A stretch of DNA of 63,924 nucleotides, counting the filler. It is 6 parts of 6 records of this genome, joined end to end, with 100 filler letters (N's around TTAATTAATTAA, not from the genome) between each part and the next. Parts side by side here need not be neighbours in the genome. Positions count along the whole stretch, not along the records: positions 1 to 6,267 come from SRR20825010_2477; positions 6,368 to 18,298 come from SRR20825010_2480; 4 more parts are not named here. One strand, written 5' to 3'. Of this stretch, positions 1 to 8,829 are shown piece after piece (position 1 is the stretch's first letter; each line of letters begins with the position of its first letter). Made by a program: the position numbers and the translations under genes. The notes beneath the pieces are model-generated. The model was given only the letters and a program-made list of their open reading frames with translations, was not told the DNA's origin and made no database searches.

Positions 1-1
1 A

Positions 2-223
2 CCTTACGGAACGTGGATATTCCTTTCGGGCGCGGTCTTTGTGGCCGGTGCGCTGGGCATGGAAATGGTCGGCGGCCTCACCTTCGTCGCCTATGGCGAG
101 CGCGGCCTGCCCTATATCCTGAGTTTCGTGACGGAAGAAACGCTGGAAATTTTCGCAATGACGTCTTTTGTCATCGCGTTGATCAGCTATTTACGGCAAA
201 GCTACGGCCTTAAAGTCGGCTGA
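2..223 (+). CDS. Partial (5'-truncated) integral membrane protein, function unknown
   Basis: Open frame from the contig edge reads PYGTWIFLSGAVFVAGALGMEMVGG...EETLEIFAMTSFVIALISYL, with hydrophobic helices. Confidence 0.6.
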   Translation, partial: PYGTWIFLSGAVFVAGALGMEMVGGLTFVAYGERGLPYILSFVTEETLEIFAMTSFVIALISYLRQSYGLKVG

Positions 224-280
224 TGCCGGACCTGCCTGTTGCCTTGCGCCTGTCGCGGGCACACTTTGCCCAGAGCCCAG

Positions 281-949
281 ATGAACACGCCTGAAAAATT
301 CAAGACGGCCGACCCTGTTGCCTTTATCAGGGCCAATACGGCGCTGCACGAGCCGCCGCTCATCCCCGAGGTGAAGCTGTGGCTTGCCTCCGAGATTGTT
401 CCGATCTGGCAGATGACGGAAGAAGAATTGCAGGAAAGCGGATTACCGCCACCTTTCTGGGCCTTTGCATGGGCGGGCGGTCAGGCACTGTCGCGCTATA
501 TTCTCGACAATCCCGAAATCGTGGCAGGCAAGCGGGTGCTGGATTTTGGCTCCGGCTCGGGCCTCATCGCCATTGCCGCCATGAAAGCGGGCGCGGCGAG
601 TGTACTGGCCGCCGATATTGACACGTTCGCGGTCGCGGCGATCCAGCTCAACGCGGAAGTGAACAACGTTTCAGTTCTTGGAACCGCAGATAATCTGGTC
701 GGCGTGGCCAATCAGGGCTGGGATGTGATCCTGATTGGCGACATGTGCTACGAGCGCCCGCTGGCAGAAAGCATAGAAATCTGGGTTCGCGGCTTGGTGG
801 CTGAGGGTGCGACTGCGCTGATCGGCGATCCTGGCCGGACTTATCTGCCCAAGACAGGTTTGGAGAAGCTCGTCTCCTATGCCGTAATGACAACGCGCGA
901 GCTGGAAGACACGGATGTGCGGAACACCAGCGTCTGGAAGATCATCTAG
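281..949 (+). CDS. Class I SAM-dependent protein-lysine methyltransferase, METTL20/ETFBKMT-like
   Basis: PPPFWAFAWAGGQALSRY family motif, SAM motif I VLDFGSGSG, GDMCY and DPGR motifs. ATG at 281 preferred over the upstream TTG. Confidence 0.85.
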   Translation: MNTPEKFKTADPVAFIRANTALHEPPLIPEVKLWLASEIVPIWQMTEEELQESGLPPPFWAFAWAGGQALSRYILDNPEIVAGKRVLDFGSGSGLIAIAAMKAGAASVLAADIDTFAVAAIQLNAEVNNVSVLGTADNLVGVANQGWDVILIGDMCYERPLAESIEIWVRGLVAEGATALIGDPGRTYLPKTGLEKLVSYAVMTTRELEDTDVRNTSVWKII

Positions 950-953
950 AAAG

Positions 954-967
954 TGAACCTATATTCA
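954..967. promoter_or_regulatory. Palindrome TGAA-N6-TTCA upstream of the crotonase gene; possible repressor operator
   Basis: TGAACCTATATTCA in the AT-rich intergenic region. The palindrome is short and could be chance. Confidence 0.25.
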
Positions 968-1091
968 TTCTTATCCGTGCTTTTTTGGAACCTGCCATTG
1001 CGAAAATGAACTTTGCTTCTTGGCCCTATCCGAAGTGAAGATGCGAACCGAAATTCAAAAGCCCACCCATTTGCGACAAGAGAGCTCCTCC

Positions 1092-1880
1092 ATGACCGAC
1101 CATGTGCTTGTGACCATCGAAGACGGCGTCCAGATCGTGACACTGAACCGTGCCGACAAGAAAAACGCGCTGACCGCCGAGATGTACAAGGTGATGGCGG
1201 ACGCGATCGAGATTGCCGACCGCACACCGGAAATCCGCGTGACGCTCTACACTGGCTCCGGCGGCTCCTTCACGGCGGGCAACGATCTGGGCGACTTTGC
1301 CAAGGCGGGCACGACGCCGGTGGATGCAAAGCCGAGCGAGAAACCGCATGTGCAGCGCTTCCTCGAAAATCTGGCAGAAGCCAAGAAGCCGCTGATCGCC
1401 TCGGTCAATGGTCTGGCCGTCGGTGTGGGTGTGACCATGCTGCTGCATTGCGATCTCGTTTATGCGGGCACCAGCGCCACATTCCAGATGCCTTTCGTCA
1501 ATCTGGGTCTGGTGCCGGAAGCAGGCTCGACCTTCCTGCTGCAGCGCCAGATCGGCATCCAGAAAGCAGCCGATCTGTTTCTGACGGGCAAGAAGATCGG
1601 TGCGGAAAAAGCCGAAGCCATTGGGCTGGTGGCGGATGTCTTCCCCGACAATGAATTGCCCAGCGCCGCGCTTGCCGCCGCCAAGGCACTGGCGGCCAAA
1701 GCCCCCAATGCTGTACGCGCGACAAAGGCACTGCTGAAAGACAATGACCGCGCCCGTGTGGGCGAGGCTCGCGAAGCAGAAGGCCGCGTCTTTGCCGCGC
1801 AGCTGCGTTCAGACGAAGTGAAAGAGGCAATCAGCGCCTTCTTTGAAAAGCGCAAGCCGGATTTCTCGAAGTTCGGTTGA
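1092..1880 (+). CDS. Enoyl-CoA hydratase/isomerase (crotonase family, ECI2-like isomerase type)
   Basis: LNRADKKNAL, FTAGNDL oxyanion motif, VNGLAVGVGVTMLLHCD, PFVNLGLVPEAGS, C-terminal AFFEKRKPDF. Confidence 0.9.
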   Translation: MTDHVLVTIEDGVQIVTLNRADKKNALTAEMYKVMADAIEIADRTPEIRVTLYTGSGGSFTAGNDLGDFAKAGTTPVDAKPSEKPHVQRFLENLAEAKKPLIASVNGLAVGVGVTMLLHCDLVYAGTSATFQMPFVNLGLVPEAGSTFLLQRQIGIQKAADLFLTGKKIGAEKAEAIGLVADVFPDNELPSAALAAAKALAAKAPNAVRATKALLKDNDRARVGEAREAEGRVFAAQLRSDEVKEAISAFFEKRKPDFSKFG

Positions 1881-1951
1881 TAGCGGCCCTTGCGGACGGG
1901 GCAGGCGCAGCATTCGTCAATCGCGATGTGCGTGCGGTGCTTTGTGCGCCG

Positions 1952-2356
1952 CTACGCCCGCGCCGCGTGCGGAGACTGCAACAACGGTATAAGCGCAAAA
2001 CCCAACTGCCCCAAAAGCCCGACGAGCCCCGCCGCCTCGCCATAAGACGCTGTGATTTCTGCCGGACTGCGTCCGAAGGCCAGAACTCCGAGCGCCCACT
2101 CTGCCGCCATCAATAAAGCGAAAGCACTTGCACCCATCGCAAGGCGCGCGCCTATACCCTTGCCCACCCGCACCCGTGCCGTGACCGCACTGCAAACGAA
2201 CCATGAAATCGTCAGTATCAATGGCATTTCAAGAAGTACGGCGGGCAATTCGCCTAGCGCGGGGACAAGAAAGAGAACGCGCAACGTGCCGAGCAGGAAT
2301 CCCGCAGCGAAGACAGCAAGAAAGTAGATGAGGGCGGCTTTGAGGACCGTGTTCAT
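1952..2356 (-). CDS. Small 4-TM hypothetical membrane protein
   Basis: 134 aa, hydrophobic (YFLAVFAAGFLLGTLRVLFLVPALGE...AVLLEMP), plausible start. Confidence 0.7.
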   Translation of the reverse strand: MNTVLKAALIYFLAVFAAGFLLGTLRVLFLVPALGELPAVLLEMPLILTISWFVCSAVTARVRVGKGIGARLAMGASAFALLMAAEWALGVLAFGRSPAEITASYGEAAGLVGLLGQLGFALIPLLQSPHAARA

Positions 2357-2529
2357 AGGGACACCTGCAAATTGCGGATTATTGTCGGCAAAGAACAGAA
2401 TCGCAAATTAGGGCCCATCCGGTATTCGTGTCGGGTGCCCTTGCGGGCACATGCAAGAGACACGACATAGACGGGACGAACAATCAAACATGTCCTTATA
2501 AAATAAGGGCTATTCGAGGAAACCCGCCC

Positions 2530-3066
2530 ATGTCGCTCTCCCCAAACCCGCTAGGCATGTATCAGGCCAGCGTGCCGCCGATGCTGCAGATGTTTGCCAG
2601 CATGACCAATCTGCTCGACAAGGCTGTCGCGCATTGCGAGGCCCGCAAAATCGACCCCAACAAATTGCTGACCTATCGCCTTGCCGTGGACATGCATCCG
2701 CTGACCAACCAGATCCAGGCCATCTCGGATCAGGCCAAAGGTTCGATTGCACGTTTGGCCGGCATCGACATTCCCTCCATGCCCGACACTGAAGCAACAA
2801 TGGACGATCTAAAGGCGCGTATTGCCAAGACGGTCGAGTTCATCAAGAGCGTGAAGCCGGAACAGATCGACGGGACGGAAGACAAGGAAATCGTGCTGAA
2901 GCTCGGCCCTGCCGGTCCCAACCAGTTCGAAATGAAATTCACCGGCGCGCAATATCTGATGCATTTCGTGCTGCCGAATTTCTATTTCCACCATGTCACC
3001 GCCTACGACATTCTGCGCCATGCAGGCATACCGGTCGGCAAGCGCGATTTCATGGGAAAGATTTAG
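2530..3066 (+). CDS. DUF1993 family protein (DinB-like four-helix fold)
   Basis: Recognised motifs LLTYRLAVDMHPL..QIQ, ARLAG, PNFYFHHVTAYDILRHAG.PVGKRDF. GAGG RBS before ATG at 2530. Confidence 0.85.
   Translation: MSLSPNPLGMYQASVPPMLQMFASMTNLLDKAVAHCEARKIDPNKLLTYRLAVDMHPLTNQIQAISDQAKGSIARLAGIDIPSMPDTEATMDDLKARIAKTVEFIKSVKPEQIDGTEDKEIVLKLGPAGPNQFEMKFTGAQYLMHFVLPNFYFHHVTAYDILRHAGIPVGKRDFMGKI
2998..3056 (+). repeat. Direct repeat copy 1 (3' end of the DUF1993 gene; attL-like)
   Basis: ACCGCCTACGACATTCTGCGCCATGCAGGCATACCGGTCGGCAAGCGCGATTTCATGGG matches 4042-4107 apart from 4 substitutions and a 7-bp insertion. Confidence 0.9.
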
Positions 3067-4041
3067 CATCTTCTAATCAGCGTAATAAAAAGTGGTAGGC
3101 CTTTAAGTTCGACTGCTTTCTATTACAAACAATGAAAATCAGTAATCCGTTATTCTCTTATTCAACCTCCTCTTGACGGAGGGTGAACAGATGAAGTTTG
3201 ATTTTTGATTGAGGTCACAAACTCTCGCGACGAGCTGAATTTTCAGTTAGCTTCATCCTCCTTTCCCAAAATGACGTAAATGCCGTTTGATTTGGCCTCG
3301 CCTACCTCGTCCGCAGACGCAACAAAAGATGAAAGTAAGACATTTCGTCACTCCCAATGGGCGTTGAATTTGCTGAGAATTATATCCGCCTCTTTGAACA
3401 CAGAAAGAGACTTGATTGCTTGACTCTTAACTATTTCAAAAATTTGCTCTTGAAGTTCTGGATGTGGACGAAATTTTTTCAGCATGAACTGCAAGGCATT
3501 AAGTCTTTCGACCTCATAAACTACTTTCTGAATCTCGAAGCAAATTTTCGTACCGAAAATGTAAAACTCAGGCATTCGCTCTACAATCATATTTGGCAGA
3601 GCAATGATTTTCTCTCGTTGCGCTAGATACTCATAGAAATTTGGAGGGCCTTTCCCGTTGTAGTCCTCAAAGTGTGCAACAAGAGTTATAAGTTCGGCGC
3701 GAGTGTTATCAAGATGCGGCATTAGAGCCGTGTAAAGACTTTTTGCCTTCAGCAATCGCTCACTGCGAATTGCTTTCTTTTCTGTTAGACGCATATAAAC
3801 TGGCACGGCGACGGCTACCAATATAGCTAGTATCGAACCAATCGCCTGCACCCACGCTGCAGATGTATTCGACAGAAGTGAACTGTTAGGTCCAATCAAG
3901 ATTGCGGCGGATACAGACACGCCTGTAAAGACAATTGCACCAATCAGTATAGCATCGTTCCGGTTGCTCATGCCCCCCTCATTTCCGATTCCTATAAGCT
4001 ACATCATGCCTGAAGCGACGGACTGAAAGCAACGCACACAA
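3067..4041. mobile_element. AT-rich ~1 kb islet between duplicated DUF1993 3' ends; probable reduced integrative element or prophage remnant
   Basis: Abrupt compositional shift, bounded by direct repeats of the host gene end. Carries one intact orphan ORF and no integrase. Confidence 0.65.
3348..3971 (-). CDS. Orphan membrane-anchored protein (two N-terminal TM helices plus helical soluble domain)
   Basis: 207 aa, AT-rich codons, GAGGGGGG RBS-like sequence before ATG. TMs AILIGAIVFTGVSVSAAILI and AAWVQAIGSILAILVAVAVPVY. Confidence 0.75.
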   Translation of the reverse strand: MSNRNDAILIGAIVFTGVSVSAAILIGPNSSLLSNTSAAWVQAIGSILAILVAVAVPVYMRLTEKKAIRSERLLKAKSLYTALMPHLDNTRAELITLVAHFEDYNGKGPPNFYEYLAQREKIIALPNMIVERMPEFYIFGTKICFEIQKVVYEVERLNALQFMLKKFRPHPELQEQIFEIVKSQAIKSLSVFKEADIILSKFNAHWE

Positions 4042-4117
4042 ACCGCCTACGACATTCGACATTTTGCGCCATGCAGGCGTGCCGGTCGGCAAGCGTGATT
4101 TCATGGGCTCGCTGTAA
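4042..4117 (+). pseudogene. Displaced 3' fragment of the DUF1993 gene (direct repeat copy 2; attR-like)
   Basis: Encodes TAYDI-[CGACATT duplication]-LRHAGVPVGKRDFMGSL-stop (TAA at 4115-4117). Confidence 0.85.
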
Positions 4118-4128
4118 GCACCAACAAA

Positions 4129-4167
4129 AATGTGTCATGCGCGGAGCAAATCCGCGTGTGACACATT
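4129..4167. terminator. 17-bp stem hairpin; likely bidirectional terminator
   Basis: AATGTGTCATGCGCGGA-GCAAA-TCCGCGTGTGACACATT (two G-U pairs), between the displaced DUF1993 stop and the convergent DUF6101-like gene. Confidence 0.7.
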
Positions 4168-4185
4168 CTAAAATTTCTGGAAAAA

Positions 4186-4785
4186 TCAGTAAGCCGAGGG
4201 CCGTGAACCGGTCATCAGACGGTCGTGCCAGAGGCGCGGGCGACCTGTCATGCCGAATGTCATCGGGCGTCGTGCTGACAGCGGATTGGCACCGGCATGC
4301 GGCTGAGCCGTATCGATGCGGAGCGCGCCGAGGCGACGTTCGGCCATCTGCAATTCGCCTTCGCGATCTTCGAGCAACAGCGGCAGATTGAGCACGCGGC
4401 CCCATGAGCGCCAGCGGGCGGCCACATCTGCACCATCAAGCGAGGCATGCACAGTGACCGAGCGGCGCTCGTCGCGGCGATGGACAAGCTGCACAAGAAT
4501 GACAGGTTTGCCGCCCTTGTGGTCACGCCATGCCACACGCAAAGCCACGCCCTTGAAGGCGCTCATCGGCTCGTCCCAGACAAAGGGGCCGAGGATGGGC
4601 GATGAGTCTGTCACCTTCACGCCGTCCTTGTGCACAACCGCATAGCGGATGAAGCCGAAAATACGGTTCATGGTTTCATTGGCAGGAATTGTCACACGCT
4701 GCGGCAGCATGAAAGGATCGGAATCAAGTTCTCCGATAATCCAGCGCTGACGTTTCAGGTGAGGCTGCTTCTGGGCCATGGCCAT
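4186..4785 (-). CDS. DUF6101-like alphaproteobacterial hypothetical protein
   Basis: PMSAFKGVALRV...LVHR...SVTV...DVAARWRSWGRVLNLPLLL pattern. Start uncertain (ORF is open to 4845). Confidence 0.65.
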   Translation of the reverse strand: MAMAQKQPHLKRQRWIIGELDSDPFMLPQRVTIPANETMNRIFGFIRYAVVHKDGVKVTDSSPILGPFVWDEPMSAFKGVALRVAWRDHKGGKPVILVQLVHRRDERRSVTVHASLDGADVAARWRSWGRVLNLPLLLEDREGELQMAERRLGALRIDTAQPHAGANPLSARRPMTFGMTGRPRLWHDRLMTGSRPSAY

Positions 4786-5007
4786 GATGGTGCTCAACTC
4801 GGTACTGTTGCGAATGCGAAACTGCAATAAGCCGAGGCTAGGCAATCAAGGTTTGCATCGGATTAACGAAATCCCCCGTAATAGGGTTAATGCGGGTCAA
4901 ATTGGCGCGATTCACGCCCGCACAATTGGCTTATGGGCTGAACTGCGGCATTCTCCGCCCGACTTATTCTCCTGCCGCCCCCTCCGCCCCCGTTTCATGA
5001 GGCCCCC

Positions 5008-6267
5008 TTGTCCTATTCCTCCATGCGCGAATTTCTCGACAAGCTCGAAGCCGAAGGCGAATTGCTGCGGGTGAAGGAGCCTGTTTCCTCTGTTCTTGAA
5101 ATGACGGAAATCCAGACACGCCTGCTGGCCGAGCAAGGCCCTGCCGTGCTGTTTGAAAATGTGATCCGCGCCGATGGCACGCCGTCTCCCATGCCGGTGC
5201 TGGTCAATCTCTTTGGCACAGTGGAGCGTGTTGCACTGGGTGTGACCATGGGCGGTGTCGAGAGACGCAATGCCAAGGACATGCGCGAAGTGGGCGAGAT
5301 GCTCGCCTTCCTGCGCCAGCCCGAACCGCCGGGCGGCTTTCGCGAAGCTTTTTCCATGCTGCCGTTGCTCAAGACGGTGATGAACATGAAGCCGAAAACG
5401 GTTTCGTCCTCTGCCGCGCCCGTGCAAGAAGTTGTGTTGACGGGCGACGACATCGACCTCAATGCGCTGCCGATCCAGACCTGCTGGCCGGACGAACCCG
5501 CACCGCTCATCACATGGCCGCTTGTCGTGACCAAAGGTCCGTCCGGCTCGCGCGAGGATGATTTCAATCTCGGCATTTATCGCATGCAGGTGCTTGGCAA
5601 GAACAAAACCATCATGCGCTGGCTCGCGCATCGCGGTGGTGCGCAGCATCATCAGCGCTGGAAGGGCGAGAAGCGCGAACCGCTGCCAGTCGCTTGCGTG
5701 ATCGGTGCCGACCCCGGAACCATTCTCGCCGCTGTGACGCCTGTGCCGGACACGCTGTCGGAATACCAGTTCGGCGGATTGCTGCGCGGCGAGAAGGTGG
5801 AACTGGTGGATTGCAAAACAGTGCCGCTGAAAGTGCCGGCCCAAGCCGAGATCGTGATCGAAGGGCATGTCTCGCTCGACGACTATGCCGATGAAGGCCC
5901 TTATGGCGACCACACGGGCTATTACAATTCGGTCGAGAAGTTCCCCGTCTTCACGGTCAGCGCCATCACCATGCGCCGGAACCCGATCTATCTGTCCACC
6001 TTCACAGGCCGTCCGCCGGATGAACCTTCTGTTCTGGGCGAGGCGCTGAACGAGGTTTTCATTCCCCTGCTACAACAGCAGTTTCCCGAGATCATCGACT
6101 TCTGGTTGCCGCCGGAAGGCTGCTCCTATCGCATCGCCGTTGTGTCGATGAAGAAAGCCTACCCCGGCCATGCCAAGCGCGTGATGATGGGCTGCTGGTC
6201 GTTCCTGCGCCAGTTCATGTACACGAAATGGCTGATCGTGGTGGATGACGACATCAACGCGCGCGAC
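5008..6267 (+). CDS. ubiD: UbiD family prFMN-dependent decarboxylase, 3'-truncated at contig end
   Basis: [56 protein letters not shown]. Confidence 0.95.
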
Positions 6268-6367
6268 NNNNNNNNNNNNNNNNNNNNNNNNNNNNNNNNN
6301 NNNNNNNNNNNTTAATTAATTAANNNNNNNNNNNNNNNNNNNNNNNNNNNNNNNNNNNNNNNNNNNN
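6268..6367. other. Artificial contig linker
   Basis: 44 N + TTAATTAATTAA (stop codons in all six frames) + 44 N; identical at all five joins. Confidence 0.98.
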
Positions 6368-6539
6368 CATGTGGGACGTTTCTACTTTGCAGACCGGATG
6401 ACGTTTCAACTTGGTTGCAACAGCGTTTGTAGCCGCAAAGTCGACCTGCCCGGATGGCATGACCGCCCCGGCGCCCTGCCGCCACCTCTGCGGGCTCTGT
6501 CACGGTATGGGTCTTGACCGGCGGCGCGCGGAGCGGATG

Positions 6540-7508
6540 TCAGCCCTGACACCGCTCCAGCAGCATGTAATCCAGCGCAAAGTAATCGCGGATGAAATCC
6601 TCGATGTCGGGGGTCAGCATGACGTCGTTAGGCAGGTTGGCGTATTTGTCCAACTGCTTGGGCGGCGTGTCGGCCAGCTTTGCGTCCACTGTCTTTTTGT
6701 TGCGCGGGGCCACGTTGCGCATCCCTAGCCGCACCTCCTGCAGATCCTCCGGGCAGCGATCCAGCACAAAGCGTTCAAAGGCGTCGATGTTGTCGATGCG
6801 GAACAGGTGGTCCCAGCGCAAGGTTTCCAGATAGCGCGACTGCGGTGCCCAATGCGGGTCCATCGCGTCGCGCGGGGCGAGGTTGATGTAGTGGCAGAAC
6901 TGCCGAAAGGTGATGCCCTGTTCGATCTGCTCTTCTGTGATCTCTTCCTCGCTTAGCAGGAAACGGTAGACCGGGGTGGTGTGATGCAGCACCGAAGGCG
7001 TGCGGCGGTTGCGCACGAACTTGTCCCAGTAGCAGCTGATCAGCCGGTCGATCGGATCGCGCAGGATCGCCACCCGCGCCCAGTCCGGGTCGCGCAGGAT
7101 CTCGTTGAACTGCCGTTCGGAATGGTGGCGCGCCTGCAGCCGGATCTTGCCGCCATCCAGCAGCGTGTGCACCGGCTGGTCGGCCTTGTGGCCACACAGC
7201 CGCAGCGCCCAGTCCTTGACCGAGGTATTGGCCACCTTGGCGATCGGGCAAAACAGCATCCGCGCCGGTTTCACCACCAGAATGGATCCGTCCCACTGGC
7301 CGCGCCGGTGGGTCGCCAGCACCGGGCCTTTTTGCCAGTACTCGCGTGAGTTCACCATGTTGTTTTCCAACCGCCCCAGGGGCAGCTTGCGGTCGATCAG
7401 CGCGTTGATGGTGTCCAGATGCGCGCCCCGGCCAAGGTAGAACTGATAGGTCTCGCGGATGAGGGTCTTGTCGACGGGCGCCTTGGGGTCCAGGTCGATG
7501 CGGTCCAT
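6540..7508 (-). CDS. Sulfotransferase family 2 protein (carbohydrate sulfotransferase-like)
   Basis: 5'-PSB motif FCPIAKVANTSVK, 3'-PB motif LRDPIDRLISCY, DPHWAPQ, C-terminal YFALDY. Confidence 0.85.
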   Translation of the reverse strand: MDRIDLDPKAPVDKTLIRETYQFYLGRGAHLDTINALIDRKLPLGRLENNMVNSREYWQKGPVLATHRRGQWDGSILVVKPARMLFCPIAKVANTSVKDWALRLCGHKADQPVHTLLDGGKIRLQARHHSERQFNEILRDPDWARVAILRDPIDRLISCYWDKFVRNRRTPSVLHHTTPVYRFLLSEEEITEEQIEQGITFRQFCHYINLAPRDAMDPHWAPQSRYLETLRWDHLFRIDNIDAFERFVLDRCPEDLQEVRLGMRNVAPRNKKTVDAKLADTPPKQLDKYANLPNDVMLTPDIEDFIRDYFALDYMLLERCQG

Positions 7509-7518
7509 GTCGGGTCTC

Positions 7519-8688
7519 CTAGAGTCGGGCGGCAGGGATCAGGCGGGCGTAGGCCGGGGCCAGATCGGCCAGCGTTGCGTCCCATGTGTACCCGGCGACG
7601 TCCTCTGCCACGCGGGTGCCGGTGAGCTGTCCGGCAAAAAGAGCGCGCACATGGGCGCGGAATTCGGTTTCGGTCTCGGCCACATGAACACCGCCCAGCG
7701 ACATCGCCTCTTCAAAGCCGCGAAAGGCCGGGCGCATGGCGATCACCGGTTTGAGGCTCAACAGCGCCTCGGCGGTTTTCAGGTTGGTGCCGCCGCCGGA
7801 TTTGATCGGCAGGCAGATGCCCTTGGCATGGGTCAACAGCGCCTGCAGCACATCCTCTTCGACGCGGCCGGTGATCTGCACCAGATGGTCGTTGAGCTTG
7901 CGAAAATGGCGAAAGCGCGGGTCGGCGCGCAGCAGGTCGCCGACGCCGCCGACCACCGCCAGCCGCCCGTCGGGCGGGATGCAGCCGGGAATGCGGCCGA
8001 TCACGTCCCAGTACCCCTCGGCATTGGGACCATGGCCGCTGCCCGCCAGCATGAGGTAATCCTCGGCGATGGGGCGCGGCGCGGCGGTGTCCTGCGCCGG
8101 GGGCCAGCAGCCATTGGGCGCCACCACGACGGGCGCGCCCTGCCCCGGCGCGCGCCAGCGGTCCAGCACCTGCGCATCCGCCGCGCTGACCGCGATCACC
8201 ATGTCGGCGCGCCGGGTGGCCGCCTGTTCCAGCGCGTCGGTCTCATCGCGAAAGCGAGCGGGGATCAGCACGCTCTCGATGTTCTGCGAGCCGTAGACCA
8301 CCGCCGGGCGCGCGGCCTCTGGCAGGCCGTCCAGCAGCGCCTCCAGCAGCGGTAGCAGCCAGGGCTGTTCGAAATGCAGCGCGTCGGGGCGGATCTGGTC
8401 CAGCCGCTGGCGCGCGGCATCAAAGGCGGGCACGCCGGGGTGCAGCATCCGGTGCATGTGCAGGTCTTCGCGCAGCCCGGCGCGGGCAATGTCGCCGTGC
8501 ATCTCACCCGGCAGCGCGGTCAGCGCCTCATCGGCGGTATGCTGCGGGTAATGCGGACCAAAGAAAAACGGCATCGCCGTGACCTCATGGCCCGCGCCGC
8601 GCAACACCCGGGTGATGGCGTCAAGCCGTCTCTGCCCGCCGTGGAGCGGGTGGCTGACGGGATAGGTCGAAAGCGTGACGATCTTCAC
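7519..8688 (-). CDS. GT4-type glycosyltransferase
   Basis: N-terminal PLHGGQRR, SQNIES, C-terminal PIKSGGGTNLKTAEAL and YTWD. GTG at 8688 preferred because the longer start crosses a hairpin. Confidence 0.8.
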   Translation of the reverse strand: MKIVTLSTYPVSHPLHGGQRRLDAITRVLRGAGHEVTAMPFFFGPHYPQHTADEALTALPGEMHGDIARAGLREDLHMHRMLHPGVPAFDAARQRLDQIRPDALHFEQPWLLPLLEALLDGLPEAARPAVVYGSQNIESVLIPARFRDETDALEQAATRRADMVIAVSAADAQVLDRWRAPGQGAPVVVAPNGCWPPAQDTAAPRPIAEDYLMLAGSGHGPNAEGYWDVIGRIPGCIPPDGRLAVVGGVGDLLRADPRFRHFRKLNDHLVQITGRVEEDVLQALLTHAKGICLPIKSGGGTNLKTAEALLSLKPVIAMRPAFRGFEEAMSLGGVHVAETETEFRAHVRALFAGQLTGTRVAEDVAGYTWDATLADLAPAYARLIPAARL

Positions 8689-8780
8689 TGTAGGCAGTAC
8701 TCTTTGCGCAACTCGGCGGTGTATCGCCCTGATCGGCGGCGGAATGCAATGTGCAAACTGTTCGGTCCGCAGACCGCCGC

Positions 8781-8819
8781 CCATGCCCGCCCCCTCGGAT
8801 GAGGATGGGGCGGGCATGG
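8781..8819. terminator. GC-rich 13-bp inverted repeat just downstream of the Hint gene
   Basis: CCATGCCCGCCCC-N13-GGGGCGGGCATGG. No clear U-tract, so it may be a REP-like or mRNA-stability hairpin. Confidence 0.5.
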
Positions 8820-8829
8820 CGCGCGTTTG

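Noticed and set aside
3070-3347. A second gene or integrase remnant inside the islet
   Set aside because: I found only short open stretches with no recognisable motif.
4850-4892. CtrA box upstream of the DUF6101-like gene
   Set aside because: Only half-sites (TTAAC, GGTTAA) are present, without a good N7-spaced partner, which is too weak to list.
6312-6323. TTAATTAATTAA palindrome occurring five times, as a biological repeat or recombination site
   Set aside because: It is always centred in exactly 44+44 Ns and gives stop codons in all six frames, so it is an assembly linker.
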